This document shows positions 11,605-21,763 of a stretch of 47,756 nt of DNA, one piece after another. The notes under the pieces were generated by a model. The model worked only from the letters and a program-made list of their open reading frames with translations, had not been told where the DNA came from and did no database searches. Origin of the DNA: Erysipelotrichaceae bacterium (lineage in GTDB: Bacteria > Bacteroidota > Bacteroidia > Bacteroidales > Paludibacteraceae); the NCBI GenBank assembly GCA_963633255.1, contig CAVGYO010000001.1:1-47756 (forward strand), in the 5' to 3' direction. Position numbers and translations under genes: made by a program. The stretch's first letter is position 1; every line of letters begins with the position of its first letter.

Positions 11605-12123
11605 ATGTCAGAAAACAATAACAGAGTAAAATCGACAAACGATGTTGAATTGCAAGATCGTTTGGTAGCCATTAACCGTGTTACGAAAGTTACCAAAGGT
11701 GGTCGCGCATTCACATTTGCAGCCATCGTAGTTGTTGGTAACGGCAACGGCATTGTTGGTTGGGGCTTGGGCAAAGCGGGCGAAGTTACCGCTGCCATCG
11801 CCAAAGGCGTCGAAGCCGCCAAAAAGAACCTGATTCGCGTTCCTGTGCTGAAAGGTACCATTCCGCACGAACAGGCTGCACACTTTGGCGGTGCCGAAGT
11901 GATTCTGCTTCCTGCCTCGCAAGGTACTGGTGTGAAAGCGGGCGGTGCTATGCGTGCCGTACTCGAAAGCGTAGGTATCACCGATGTGCTGGCCAAATCG
12001 AAAGGGTCGTCGAACCCTCACAACTTGGTGAAAGCCACATTTGCCGCTCTCGGCGAAATGCGCGACGCCTACACCGTGGCAAAAAATCGCGGTATCTCGA
12101 TGAGCAAAGTGTTTAACGGATAA
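11605..12123 (+). CDS. rpsE: 30S ribosomal protein uS5
   Basis: Translation ...[30 protein letters not shown]... Confidence 0.97.
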   Translation: MSENNNRVKSTNDVELQDRLVAINRVTKVTKGGRAFTFAAIVVVGNGNGIVGWGLGKAGEVTAAIAKGVEAAKKNLIRVPVLKGTIPHEQAAHFGGAEVILLPASQGTGVKAGGAMRAVLESVGITDVLAKSKGSSNPHNLVKATFAALGEMRDAYTVAKNRGISMSKVFNG

Positions 12124-12138
12124 AACAAGCGAAAAATT

Positions 12139-12315
12139 ATGGCAAAGATAAAAATCCAACAAGTAAGAAGCCGCATCCGTTGCCCACGCGTGCAAAAAGC
12201 CACGCTCGACGCACTCGGACTGCACAAGATGAACGCCGTAGTTGAACACGAAGACACTGCCAGCATTCGCGGCATGGTCGAAAAAGTGAAACACTTGGTA
12301 AAAATCGTCGGTTAA
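12139..12315 (+). CDS. rpmD: 50S ribosomal protein uL30 (58 aa; below the ORF-track size cutoff)
   Basis: Hand translation from the ATG at 12139: MAKIKIQQVRSRIRCPRVQKATLDALGLHKMNAVVEHEDTASIRGMVEKVKHLVKIVG, stop TAA at 12313-12315. Canonical position between rpsE and rplO. Confidence 0.92.
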   Translation: MAKIKIQQVRSRIRCPRVQKATLDALGLHKMNAVVEHEDTASIRGMVEKVKHLVKIVG

Positions 12316-12349
12316 TGTAAGTGTAAAACCCAATTAAATTAACGAAAAA

Positions 12350-12796
12350 ATGGACTTAAGCAATATCAAACCCGCAGCAGGTTCCGTAAAAGCATCGAAG
12401 CGTTTGGGACGCGGTCCCGGATCGGGCAAAGGCGGCACCTCGACGCGCGGTCACAAAGGCGCAAAATCGCGCTCTGGCTACAAACGCAAAATCGGTTTCG
12501 AAGGCGGACAAATGCCGCTGCAACGCCGTTTGCCAAAATTCGGATTCAACAATATCAACCGTGTTGAATACAAGGCCATTAACTTAGATGCCCTGCAAAT
12601 GCTGGCCGAAACAGCCAAATTGACCAAAATCGACAAAGCCGCCCTTGTAGAGGCTGGCATCATCAAACCGAAACACTTGGTGAAAATTCTGGCCAAAGGC
12701 ACCATCACAGCAAAAATCGAAGTGGAAGCAGACGCCTTCTCGAAAGCAGCCGAAGAGGCAATCGTGGCTGCAGGCGGAAGCGTCGTAAAACTCTGA
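12350..12796 (+). CDS. rplO: 50S ribosomal protein uL15
   Basis: Translation [31 protein letters not shown]... Confidence 0.96.
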   Translation: MDLSNIKPAAGSVKASKRLGRGPGSGKGGTSTRGHKGAKSRSGYKRKIGFEGGQMPLQRRLPKFGFNNINRVEYKAINLDALQMLAETAKLTKIDKAALVEAGIIKPKHLVKILAKGTITAKIEVEADAFSKAAEEAIVAAGGSVVKL

Positions 12797-12802
12797 TAGC
12801 GT

Positions 12803-14143
12803 ATGAAATTCATAGAGACCATCAAAAATATCTGGAAGATTGAAGAACTCCGGAGCAAACTCGGGATAACGATACTCTTTATCCTGATCTACCGCTTCGG
12901 CTCGTTCATCGTGCTTCCAGGTATTGACCCTGGCTCGCTTGCGGCTCTGAAGTCGCAGACGGCTGGCGGTCTGATGTCGCTGTTGGATATGTTCTCGGGC
13001 GGTGCGTTCTCCAACGCATCAATCTTCGCCTTGGGTATCATGCCCTACATCTCGGCATCTATCGTTGTGCAGTTGCTGACCATCGCCGTGCCGTATTTCC
13101 AAAAAATGCAGCGCGACGGCGAAAGCGGACGGCGCAAGATGAACCAAATCACGCGTTACCTTACGGTATTTGTGCTGATTTTGCAAGGTTGGGCTTATCT
13201 GAAAAACTTGGATTACCAACTGCGCGGCGCAGGTGCCATTATGGATCACGGCTTTTGGTTCATGTTCTCGTCGATGATTATCATGTGCGCAGGCTCCATG
13301 TTTGTGATGTGGCTCGGCGAACGCATGACCGATAAAGGCATTGGCAACGGCATCTCGATGCTCATCATGATTGGTATCATCGCACGCTTCCCGAGCGCAA
13401 TCATACAAGAGTTCATCTCGCGTATGAACATGGCGCAAGGCGGCTTGGTGATGTTCTTGGCCGAACTGGTGGTGCTGTTGCTCGTTATTGCAGCAAGCAT
13501 ACTGCTGGTGCAAGGCACACGCAAAATACCTGTTCAATACGCCAAACGCGTAGTTGGCAACAAGCAATATGGCGGTGTGCGCCAATACATTCCGCTGAAA
13601 GTGAATGCGGCTGGCGTTATGCCAATCATCTTTGCACAAGCCATCATGATGTTGCCCATAATGTTCGCAGGTTTTAATGCCGACGGTGTTAATAACTTTA
13701 TGCGTGTTTTTATGGACAATACAGGATTTTGGTATAATTTTGTATATGCTTTGATGATCATCGCATTCACCTATTTTTACACGGCTATCACCATCAATCC
13801 GACCCAAATGGCGGAGGATATGAAGCGCAACAACGGCTTCATTCCAGGTGTGAAACCGGGCAAAAAGACGGCTGAATATATCGACGAAATCATGTCGCGT
13901 ATCACGCTGCCGGGTTCGTTCTTCTTGGCACTTGTGGCTATCATGCCATCGTTTGCCAGCATGTTCAACATCACGGCAAGTTTCGCCCAATTCTACGGCG
14001 GCACATCGTTGCTGATTTTGGTGGGCGTGGTGCTCGATACATTGCAGCAGATCGAAAGTCACCTGCTGATGCGCCACTACGATGGTCTGCTCAAATCGGG
14101 CGGTCGTATCAAAGGGCGTTCAGGCTCGATAGCGGCATATTGA
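12803..14143 (+). CDS. secY: Preprotein translocase subunit SecY
   Basis: 446-aa multi-TM protein, ...IFALGIMPYISASIVVQLL...; spc-operon position. Confidence 0.97.
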   Translation: MKFIETIKNIWKIEELRSKLGITILFILIYRFGSFIVLPGIDPGSLAALKSQTAGGLMSLLDMFSGGAFSNASIFALGIMPYISASIVVQLLTIAVPYFQKMQRDGESGRRKMNQITRYLTVFVLILQGWAYLKNLDYQLRGAGAIMDHGFWFMFSSMIIMCAGSMFVMWLGERMTDKGIGNGISMLIMIGIIARFPSAIIQEFISRMNMAQGGLVMFLAELVVLLLVIAASILLVQGTRKIPVQYAKRVVGNKQYGGVRQYIPLKVNAAGVMPIIFAQAIMMLPIMFAGFNADGVNNFMRVFMDNTGFWYNFVYALMIIAFTYFYTAITINPTQMAEDMKRNNGFIPGVKPGKKTAEYIDEIMSRITLPGSFFLALVAIMPSFASMFNITASFAQFYGGTSLLILVGVVLDTLQQIESHLLMRHYDGLLKSGGRIKGRSGSIAAY

Positions 14144-14154
14144 TTTTTCGTAAG

Positions 14155-14937
14155 ATGATTTACTTGAAGACGGCCGAAGAGATTGAATTGCTTCGCGAAA
14201 GCAGCCTGCTGGTAAGCAAAACGCTCGCCGAATTGGCAAAAGTTATTGCCCCAGGCGTAACCACTGCTTATCTCGACAAGTTGGCCGAAGAGTTCATTCG
14301 CGACAATGGTGCAATTCCAGCCTGCAAAGGTTACGAAGGTTACCCAGCAGCCATTTGCACCTCGGTAAACGAGCAAGTGGTACACGGCATTCCGTCGGAG
14401 CAGACGGTGTTGAAAGATGGCGACATCATTTCGGTCGATCTCTGCACACTGAAAAATGGCTTTGTAGGCGATTCGGCCTACACATTCGAAGTGGGCGAGG
14501 TGTCGGACGAGGTGAAACACCTGCTCAAAACCACCAAAGAGTCCCTGTTTTTGGGCATCGAAAAGGCGGTCGAGGGCAATCGCATTGGCGACATAGGCTA
14601 CGCCGTACAAACGCATTGCGAGGCGGCTGGCTATGGAGTTGTGCGCGAAATGGTGGGACACGGTGTCGGGCGCGAGATGCACGAAGCCCCCGAAGTGGCC
14701 AACTACGGTCGCCGAGGCACAGGAACGCTCCTGCGTGCAGGCATGACCATCTGCATCGAGCCGATGATAACACTGGGCAAGCGCGCACTGCGTTTCGAAC
14801 GCGACGGCTGGACCACACGCACCGCCGACCGCAAACCAGCAGCACACTTTGAACACGCTGTGGCGGTGTGCCGAGGCAAAGCGGACATACTGTCGGATTT
14901 CGGAATCATCGAAGAAGCATTGAAAAACAAAAAATAG
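14155..14937 (+). CDS. map: Type I methionine aminopeptidase
   Basis: Translation MIYLKTAEEIELLRES...VHGIP...GHGVGREMHE. The ATG at 14155 is preferred to the TTG at 14140. Confidence 0.95.
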   Translation: MIYLKTAEEIELLRESSLLVSKTLAELAKVIAPGVTTAYLDKLAEEFIRDNGAIPACKGYEGYPAAICTSVNEQVVHGIPSEQTVLKDGDIISVDLCTLKNGFVGDSAYTFEVGEVSDEVKHLLKTTKESLFLGIEKAVEGNRIGDIGYAVQTHCEAAGYGVVREMVGHGVGREMHEAPEVANYGRRGTGTLLRAGMTICIEPMITLGKRALRFERDGWTTRTADRKPAAHFEHAVAVCRGKADILSDFGIIEEALKNKK

Positions 14938-14946
14938 AAAAATCGT

Positions 14947-15165
14947 ATGGCAAAACAAGCGGCAATAGAGCAGGACGGCACGATAGTGGAATCGCTGTCG
15001 AACGCCATGTTTCGCGTCGAACTAGAAAATGGACACGAAATAACGGCACACATCTCGGGAAAGATGCGTATGCACTACATTCGCATACTCCCGGGCGACA
15101 GGGTGAAAGTAGAGATGTCGCCCTACGACTTGACCAAAGGTCGCATATCGTTCAGATATAAATAA
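14947..15165 (+). CDS. infA: Translation initiation factor IF-1
   Basis: Translation [41 protein letters not shown]... Confidence 0.97.
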   Translation: MAKQAAIEQDGTIVESLSNAMFRVELENGHEITAHISGKMRMHYIRILPGDRVKVEMSPYDLTKGRISFRYK

Positions 15166-15186
15166 CCAAAAAAATTAACAAATAAA

Positions 15187-15303
15187 ATGAAAGTAAGAGC
15201 ATCTATCAAGAAGCGCAACGACGATTGCAAAATCGTTCGCAGAAAAGGACGCTTGTATGTTATTAACAAAAAAAATCCCAAGATGAAACAACGTCAGGGA
15301 TAA
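15187..15303 (+). CDS. rpmJ: 50S ribosomal protein bL36 (38 aa; not in ORF track; single Cys, zinc-independent type)
   Basis: Hand translation: [38 protein letters not shown], stop TAA at 15301-15303. Lies between infA and rpsM. Confidence 0.92.
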   Translation: MKVRASIKKRNDDCKIVRRKGRLYVINKKNPKMKQRQG

Positions 15304-15319
15304 GTAAAAACAAACAATT

Positions 15320-15700
15320 ATGGCAATAAGAATTGTAGGAGTAGATTTGCCCCAGAACAAACGCGGGGAAGTTGGATTGACTTATATCTACGGAATAGGT
15401 CGCAGTAGTGCACGCAAAATTTTGGCCGACGCAGGTGTCGATTTGGCAAAGAAGGTTCAGGACTGGACCGACGAAGAGGCCGCCAAAATTCGTGAAATTA
15501 TCGGCGCGAACTTCAAAGTGGAAGGTGAACTTCGCTCTGAAGTGCAATTGAACATCAAACGACTGATGGATATCGGTTGCTACAGAGGCGTGCGTCATCG
15601 TATCGGCTTGCCGCTGCGTGGACAACGCACCAAAAACAACGCCCGTACGCGCAAGGGCAAGAAGAAAACAGTGGCCAACAAGAAGAAGGCGACCAAGTAG
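15320..15700 (+). CDS. rpsM: 30S ribosomal protein uS13
   Basis: Translation [27 protein letters not shown]... Confidence 0.97.
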   Translation: MAIRIVGVDLPQNKRGEVGLTYIYGIGRSSARKILADAGVDLAKKVQDWTDEEAAKIREIIGANFKVEGELRSEVQLNIKRLMDIGCYRGVRHRIGLPLRGQRTKNNARTRKGKKKTVANKKKATK

Positions 15701-15724
15701 TTTAACTGCTAAAAATTAGAAGTT

Positions 15725-16114
15725 ATGGCAAAAAAAACAGTAGCAACCAAGAAAAGGGTAGTGAAAGTTGATGGCGTAGGGCAACTGCATGTTCACTCGT
15801 CGTTCAACAATATCATAGTAACGATAACCAACGGCGAAGGTCAGGTTATCTCGTGGTCGTCGGCAGGTAAGATGGGCTTCCGTGGTTCGAAAAAGAACAC
15901 GCCGTATGCTGCCCAGATGGCCGCACAGGACTGCGCCAAAGTGGCGTTTGATCTCGGTTTGAGAAAAGTGAAAGCCTATGTGAAAGGCCCGGGCAACGGT
16001 CGTGAATCGGCCATTCGCACCGTGCATGGCGCAGGCATCGAAGTTACCGAAATTATCGACGTTACGCCGCTGCCACACAACGGCTGCCGTCCCGCTAAAC
16101 GCAGAAGAGTATAA
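15725..16114 (+). CDS. rpsK: 30S ribosomal protein uS11
   Basis: Translation ...[30 protein letters not shown]... Confidence 0.97.
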   Translation: MAKKTVATKKRVVKVDGVGQLHVHSSFNNIIVTITNGEGQVISWSSAGKMGFRGSKKNTPYAAQMAAQDCAKVAFDLGLRKVKAYVKGPGNGRESAIRTVHGAGIEVTEIIDVTPLPHNGCRPAKRRRV

Positions 16115-16133
16115 CCGCTAAAAATCAAAGAAA

Positions 16134-16739
16134 ATGGCAAGATATATTGGACCAAAATCAAAAATCGCTCGCAAATTTGGCGAGCCGATATTCGGACCCG
16201 ACAAAGCCCAAGCGCGCCGCAACTATGCGCCGGGACAACACGGCAACTCGCGCAAGCGCAAGACATCGGAGTACGGCACACAGTTGAAAGAGAAACAGAA
16301 AGCCAAATACACCTACGGTGTGTTGGAGCGTCAGTTCCGCAACTTGTTCGAAAAAGCCGAAACATCGAAAGGTGTAACTGGCGAAGTGCTGTTGCAGTTG
16401 CTCGAAAGCCGTTTGGACAATGTGGTATATCGTTTGGGTATAGCCAAAACGCGCGCCGCTGCACGCCAGTTGGTGTCGCACCGCCACATCACAGTCGATG
16501 GCAAAGTGGTGAACATTCCTTCGTACAGCGTAAAACAGGGTCAGGTGATTGCCGTGCGCGAACGCGACAAATCGCTTGTAGCCATTGTTGATGCGCTCAA
16601 CGGATTCAACCACGCCAAATATCCGTGGCTCGAATGGGACAACAACGCGATGGCTGGCAAATTCCTGCACACGCCCGAGCGTGCCGACATTCCTGAAAAC
16701 ATCAAGGAGCAGTTAATCGTCGAGTTGTACTCTAAATAA
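16134..16739 (+). CDS. rpsD: 30S ribosomal protein uS4
   Basis: Translation [21 protein letters not shown]... Confidence 0.97.
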   Translation: MARYIGPKSKIARKFGEPIFGPDKAQARRNYAPGQHGNSRKRKTSEYGTQLKEKQKAKYTYGVLERQFRNLFEKAETSKGVTGEVLLQLLESRLDNVVYRLGIAKTRAAARQLVSHRHITVDGKVVNIPSYSVKQGQVIAVRERDKSLVAIVDALNGFNHAKYPWLEWDNNAMAGKFLHTPERADIPENIKEQLIVELYSK

Positions 16740-16750
16740 TCGATAAGACT

Positions 16751-17743
16751 ATGGCCATACTAACATTTCAAAAACCCGAAAAGGTTATCATGCTGGAGTC
16801 GAGCAATTCGTTCGGCAAGTTCGAATTTCGTCCGCTGGAGCCTCGTTTCGGTATAACAATCGGCAATGCGCTGCGTCGTATTTTGCTCTCGTCGCTCGAG
16901 GGTTACGCCCTCACATCGGTGAAAATCGATGGTGTCGATCACGAGTTTGCGACCATTCCCGGCGTGATAGACGATGTAACGAGCATCATTTTGAACTTGA
17001 AGCATGTGCGTTTCAAAGCACGGCACGAAGACCCCGACTGCAAGCGCATTGTGCTTGATGTTACGGGCAAAACTGTGCTGACCGCTGGCGATTTGGCACC
17101 ACAACTGACCGATTTCGAGGTGTTGAACCCCGAACTCGTCATCTGCCGCATGGATCCGTCGGCCAAACTGCACATGGAACTGACCATGGACAAGGGTCGT
17201 GGCTACCTGCCTGCCGACGAAAACAAAACCATTCCAGAGGAGATTGGCACTATCGCTATCGACGCTATCTACACGCCTATCGTCAATGTGAAATACACGG
17301 TCGATAACTACCGCGTAGAGCAGAAAACCGACTACGAGAAACTGACTATCGAGATTACGACAGACGGTTCGATAAACCCGAAAGACGCGCTTCAAGAGGC
17401 TGCACACATTTTGATTCAGCACTTTGTACTCTTCTCCGACGACAAAATAGAGTTGGATTTGGTAGAAAAACCTGCCGACGACGAGTTCGACGAAGAGGCT
17501 TTGCGTCTGCGCCAACTGTTCAAGAGCCGTTTGGTGGATATGGATCTGTCGGTGCGTGCGCTCAACTGCTTGAAAGCCGCCGAGATAGAAACGCTTGGGC
17601 AACTCTGCACCACCACGCGCGCCGAACTGCTCAAATTCCGCAATTTCGGTCGTAAATCGATGAACGAGTTGGAAACCAAACTGGCAAGCATGAACCTGTC
17701 GTTTGGCATGGATCTCACAAAGTATAAACTTGATAAAGACTAA
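16751..17743 (+). CDS. rpoA: DNA-directed RNA polymerase alpha subunit
   Basis: 330 aa, ...[25 protein letters not shown]...[19 protein letters not shown]. Confidence 0.97.
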   Translation: MAILTFQKPEKVIMLESSNSFGKFEFRPLEPRFGITIGNALRRILLSSLEGYALTSVKIDGVDHEFATIPGVIDDVTSIILNLKHVRFKARHEDPDCKRIVLDVTGKTVLTAGDLAPQLTDFEVLNPELVICRMDPSAKLHMELTMDKGRGYLPADENKTIPEEIGTIAIDAIYTPIVNVKYTVDNYRVEQKTDYEKLTIEITTDGSINPKDALQEAAHILIQHFVLFSDDKIELDLVEKPADDEFDEEALRLRQLFKSRLVDMDLSVRALNCLKAAEIETLGQLCTTTRAELLKFRNFGRKSMNELETKLASMNLSFGMDLTKYKLDKD

Positions 17744-17749
17744 CACGCT

Positions 17750-18247
17750 ATGAAACATAACAAGAAAGTAAATCACTTGGGTCGCACGGCAGAACACCGC
17801 AAGGCAATGCTGGCAAATATGGCCTGCTCGCTCATCATGCACAAGCGCATCAAGACGACAACGGCCAAGGCAAAAGCCTTGAAAGTGTTTGTTGAACCGC
17901 TGATAACCAAATCGAAAGACGACACGACGGCTTCGCGCCGCATTGTGTTCAGTCGCTTGCGCCAAAAAGAGGCTGTTACCGAACTCTTCCGCGAAGTGTC
18001 GCAAAAGGTGGCCAACCGTCCAGGCGGCTACACACGCATTTTGCGCACGGGATTCCGTCAGGGCGATGCTGCCGAAATGTGCATCATCGAATTGGTAGAC
18101 TACAACGAGAATATGCTGAAAGACACGACCGCCAAAAAGGCTACGCGCACACGCCGCAGCAAAAAGGCAGCCCCGAAAGCAGACGCTCCAGTGGCAGAAC
18201 CAGTGGCCGAAGCACCAGCCGCCGAAGAGCCAAAAGCCGAAGAATAA
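17750..18247 (+). CDS. rplQ: 50S ribosomal protein bL17 with Ala/Pro/Glu-rich C-terminal tail
   Basis: Translation [25 protein letters not shown]...; tail ...[26 protein letters not shown]. Confidence 0.96.
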   Translation: MKHNKKVNHLGRTAEHRKAMLANMACSLIMHKRIKTTTAKAKALKVFVEPLITKSKDDTTASRRIVFSRLRQKEAVTELFREVSQKVANRPGGYTRILRTGFRQGDAAEMCIIELVDYNENMLKDTTAKKATRTRRSKKAAPKADAPVAEPVAEAPAAEEPKAEE

Positions 18248-18283
18248 GAACGGAAATAATCGGCATTGTGACGAAAATAGAAG

Positions 18284-18316
18284 AACGAGTGGTTGTACGA
18301 CCACTCGTTTCTTGTT
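18284..18316. terminator. Bidirectional intrinsic terminator between convergent rplQ and mutL
   Basis: Perfect 10-bp stem: aacgagtggt (18284-18293) pairs with accactcgtt (18300-18309). The loop is 6 nt, and a T-rich run tcttgttt follows. Confidence 0.7.
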
Positions 18317-18330
18317 TGTATAGCGACCGT

Positions 18331-20139
18331 TCAGAAGAGTTTTTCGAGGTCGCTATCGCTGATGATGCGCACGATGGTTTTGCCGTCGGGAGTGGCGTTT
18401 GGGTTTTGGCAGGCAAAAAGTTGTCCGATGAGTTGCGACATCTCTTCGGGCGTTGTAGTGGCGTTGGCGCGCGCCTGTGCCGACGATTTTGCCACTTCGT
18501 AGGCTAGCGATTCGTAGAGTTCGGTTTGTAGGCGACCATCGCGCTCCTTGGCGCAGCGCAGCATATTGTGCAGCACGCCGATAGTGTTTGGCGCATCGGT
18601 CAGCAGCGCAGGCACGCCGTTGATAGAGTAGGCCTGTTTGCCAAACGGCTCGATGTCGAAGCCAAGTGCCGTGAGGTCGGGCAACAGCGTTTTGAACAGC
18701 AGGTTGTCGTCGGGCGTAAGTTCCAACACTTCGGGAAAAAGCGTGCGTTGCGAGGCGCTCTGCTGCATTTCGAGTTGGTGCAGAATGCGTTCGTAGAGAA
18801 TGCGTTCGGTGGCGCGTCGGCGGTCGATAACCATCAGTCCCGACTTGACGGTGGTAAGCACAAAACGATTTTTGTAGAGCAGCGTATCGGTTTGTTCGTC
18901 GCTTTCGGCGTGTTCAAAGAGCGTTTTTGTCGCCTCTTCGGGCGTTGGTTGCGGCTGTGGCTCGTGGCGACGCTCGTACAGTTGTTGCCAAGTGTCGCTC
19001 ACAGGGTGTTTGGCGCCGAAACTGCTTGTGCCACGAAACGGATTGTAGTCGGGATTGAGCGTAATGGTCGGCTGTGGCGCGCTGGCGTGGTTGTCGATAG
19101 GCAGGTCGATTTGTCCTTCGGTGTCGAAATCGATGGCTGGCGCAACATTGAATTTGCCCAACGCCTCTTTCACGCAAGTGGTGAGAATGCTCCAGAGATC
19201 GCGCTCGTTTTCGAACTTGATTTCGGTTTTTGTCGGGTGAATATTCACATCAATTTCGGCGGGATTCATGTCGAAATAGATGAAATAGGCAGGATTTTCG
19301 TTGGGTTGCAGCATACGGTCGTAGGCCTGCATCACCGCGCGGTGAAAGTATGGGTGGCGCATATAGCGGCCATTGACAAAGAAAAATTGGTTGGCACTTT
19401 TCTGCGCAAATTCGGGTTTCCCAACAAATCCGCTGATATTGCCGAGCATGGTATGCGCTTCGATTGGCACGAGTTGTTGTTGCAGGTCGCGCGTTTTTTT
19501 GCCAAAAATGGCGGTGATGCGTTGGCGCGTATTGCCGATGGGCAGTTCGTACACCACCTCGTCGCCGTTGAACAGTTCGAAGCAGATATTGGGATAGACC
19601 AGTGTGATGCGCTGAAACTCCTGTATGATTTGGCGCATTTCGGTGTCGTCCGATTTCAGAAATTTGCGGCGCGCTGGCACATTGAAAAATAGATTTTTGA
19701 CCAAAAACGAAGTCCCTTCGGGGCAGGCGGTGGGCTCTTGCGTTACCACTTTCGATGCGGCAATTTCGATGAAAGTGCCGATGTCGCTGCCCTGTGGTCG
19801 TGTGCGCAGTTCCACATCGGCCACGGCGGCGATGCTCGCCAACGCCTCGCCACGAAAACCCATGGTGCGCAGCGAAAAGAGGTCGTGTGCGTTGGTAATT
19901 TTCGATGTGGCGTGCCGCTCGAACGCCATGCGCGCGTCGGTTTCGGACATACCTTTGCCGTTGTCGACCACCTGTATAGCCGTACGGCCAGCGTTTTTCA
20001 CGATGACCTGAATTTTTGTCGCTCCAGCATCGATGGCGTTTTCCATCAACTCTTTGATGACGGATGCGGGGCGTTGTATCACTTCGCCAGCGGCAATTTG
20101 GTTGGCTACTGCATCGGGCAGCAGGTGGATTATGTCCAT
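18331..20139 (-). CDS. mutL: DNA mismatch repair protein MutL
   Basis: Translation MDIIHLLPDAVANQIAAGEVIQRPASVIKELMENAIDAGAT...; 602 aa. Confidence 0.96.
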   Translation of the reverse strand: MDIIHLLPDAVANQIAAGEVIQRPASVIKELMENAIDAGATKIQVIVKNAGRTAIQVVDNGKGMSETDARMAFERHATSKITNAHDLFSLRTMGFRGEALASIAAVADVELRTRPQGSDIGTFIEIAASKVVTQEPTACPEGTSFLVKNLFFNVPARRKFLKSDDTEMRQIIQEFQRITLVYPNICFELFNGDEVVYELPIGNTRQRITAIFGKKTRDLQQQLVPIEAHTMLGNISGFVGKPEFAQKSANQFFFVNGRYMRHPYFHRAVMQAYDRMLQPNENPAYFIYFDMNPAEIDVNIHPTKTEIKFENERDLWSILTTCVKEALGKFNVAPAIDFDTEGQIDLPIDNHASAPQPTITLNPDYNPFRGTSSFGAKHPVSDTWQQLYERRHEPQPQPTPEEATKTLFEHAESDEQTDTLLYKNRFVLTTVKSGLMVIDRRRATERILYERILHQLEMQQSASQRTLFPEVLELTPDDNLLFKTLLPDLTALGFDIEPFGKQAYSINGVPALLTDAPNTIGVLHNMLRCAKERDGRLQTELYESLAYEVAKSSAQARANATTTPEEMSQLIGQLFACQNPNATPDGKTIVRIISDSDLEKLF

Positions 20140-20227
20140 GTTTATTTTAGTGCGAAAGTTTGTAAAGTTTATAAAGTTGAAAGTCCGAACGCTTCAACAA
20201 ATCAACAAATCTTCAAATAATTGTCAA

Positions 20228-20533
20228 TTAAATAGTCATCATCATCCAGATGGCGATAGCGATTAGAACGGCAGCGATGGCGAGCAGTCTGATGTTTGAG
20301 CGGCGGCGTTCGGTGCGCATGTCCGATGTTTCGGCGGGCGCGTCCCACAGTTTTTTGCGGAAGGTGCCGCGTTTGATGCTGCTTTGGAATGGTTTTTCGG
20401 GGTCGGTTTGACCTGCGTTGCGTGTTGCGCGTGCGTCGCGTTCTTTGCGCGCCTCTTCTTCGGGATTCCAATAGATTGGAACATGGTTGAATTGGCGTGG
20501 CTTGGGTGTGCGGACAAAGACAAATTTGAACAT
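20228..20533 (-). CDS. Hypothetical small tail-anchored membrane protein (101 aa)
   Basis: ATG start. Basic, charged N-terminal region and one C-terminal TM segment (LLAIAAVLIAIAIWMMM). Lies 16 nt downstream of the manC-like gene and upstream of mutL on the same strand. No family recognised. Confidence 0.6.
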   Translation of the reverse strand: MFKFVFVRTPKPRQFNHVPIYWNPEEEARKERDARATRNAGQTDPEKPFQSSIKRGTFRKKLWDAPAETSDMRTERRRSNIRLLAIAAVLIAIAIWMMMTI

Positions 20534-20548
20534 AACTTGGTCGGTTTT

Positions 20549-21622
20549 TTATACAAAATCTTTGCCGAAATGTGCTTCGACATCGTTCACATATTGGCGA
20601 ATTTTCTGCTCTTCGTCCTTTTTGCAGATGAGCAACACATTGTCTTCTTCGGCTATCAAGTAGTTATTAAGGTCTTGAATCACAGCCAGTTTGCCCGATG
20701 GCAGCACCGTCAGATTGTTGTGGCTGCCGTAGGCAAGGCAGTTGCCGTGCAGTGTAGCATTGCCGTCGCTGTCCTTGTCGGCCAGTTCGTAGAGCGAGCC
20801 CCAAGTACCGAGGTCGGACCAGCCAAAATCGGCCATGCGGACATAGACATTTTGCGCTTTTTCCATGATACCATAGTCGATAGAGATGTTTTGGCAAGTG
20901 GCGTAAGCCTGTTCGATAAACGCCTGTTCGCCATCGGTGTGGTAGAGAGCGCTGCCCGCTTCGAAAGTGGCGGCAATGTCGGGCAGGTGCGCCTCGAACG
21001 CCTTGACGATGGTGTTGAGATTCCAGAGGAACATGCCCGAATTCCAATAAAATTCGCCGCTTTTGACGAACACTTTTGCCATTTCGATGTTTGGCTTTTC
21101 GGTGAAAGTCTTCACTTTGCGCAGCAACCCGCCGCCTTCGGCTATCTGTATGTAGCCGTAGCCCGTTTCGGGGCGCGTCGGTTTCATACCGAGCGTGAGC
21201 AACGCATCGTTGTCGGCGATGAAAGTGAAACATTCGCGCAGCACATTGCGGTACTCCTCCTCTTTGGTTATCAAGTGGTCGCTCGGCACGACAAGAATGT
21301 TGGCGTTGCGTGTTTTGGCCTTTATTTTGTAAACGGCATAGGCGATACATGGCGCAGTGTTGCGGCGCAGCGGTTCGAGCAGCACTTGGTCGGGTTTGAG
21401 GTCGGGCAGTTGCTCCAAAATCAAGTCGCGGTAGGCACTGTTCGACACGATGTAGATATTTTCGGTAGGTACAATGCCGTGAAAGCGGTCGAAAGTCATT
21501 TGCAGCAGCGACCGGCCTGTGCCTAAAAAGTCGAGAAATTGTTTTGGTTTGGTGGTGCGGCTGTATGGCCAAAAACGGCTGCCAATTCCGCCCGCCATAA
21601 TGATACAATAGTTGTTGTTCAT
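20549..21622 (-). CDS. Mannose-1-phosphate guanylyltransferase-like nucleotidyltransferase
   Basis: Translation MNNNYCIIMAGGIGSRFWPYSRTTKPKQFLDF... (G-x-G-x-R nucleotidyl-transferase motif); 357 aa with no C-terminal isomerase domain. Confidence 0.88.
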   Translation of the reverse strand: MNNNYCIIMAGGIGSRFWPYSRTTKPKQFLDFLGTGRSLLQMTFDRFHGIVPTENIYIVSNSAYRDLILEQLPDLKPDQVLLEPLRRNTAPCIAYAVYKIKAKTRNANILVVPSDHLITKEEEYRNVLRECFTFIADNDALLTLGMKPTRPETGYGYIQIAEGGGLLRKVKTFTEKPNIEMAKVFVKSGEFYWNSGMFLWNLNTIVKAFEAHLPDIAATFEAGSALYHTDGEQAFIEQAYATCQNISIDYGIMEKAQNVYVRMADFGWSDLGTWGSLYELADKDSDGNATLHGNCLAYGSHNNLTVLPSGKLAVIQDLNNYLIAEEDNVLLICKKDEEQKIRQYVNDVEAHFGKDFV

Positions 21623-21717
21623 ATTGTTTAACCTGTTGAATTTTAGCGTTTAATTGTTTTGTTGGTTTAACTTGCTAAAGTAGTAACAATTTTTCGGTTT
21701 TGCAAATGTTTTGTTAC

Positions 21718-21749
21718 AAAAAAAATCGGGAACTTTTGTCCCGATTTTT
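21718..21749 (-). terminator. Intrinsic terminator downstream of the giant gene
   Basis: Stem atcggga (21724-21730) / tcccgat (21738-21744), flanked by an A-run (21718-21724) and a T-run (21744-21749). On the minus-strand RNA the hairpin is followed by a U-tract. It starts 15 nt after the stop codon at 21764-21766. Confidence 0.7.
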
Positions 21750-21763
21750 TAGCGCAGGTTGGT

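Noticed and set aside
16760-18304. A 514-aa ORF antisense to rpoA and rplQ. Similar ORFs are 5409..6212, 10246..10818, 11608..12333, 13019..14077 and 14077..14958.
   Set aside because: The same shadow-ORF explanation applies. Each lies fully inside, and antisense to, a conserved ribosomal, secY or map gene.
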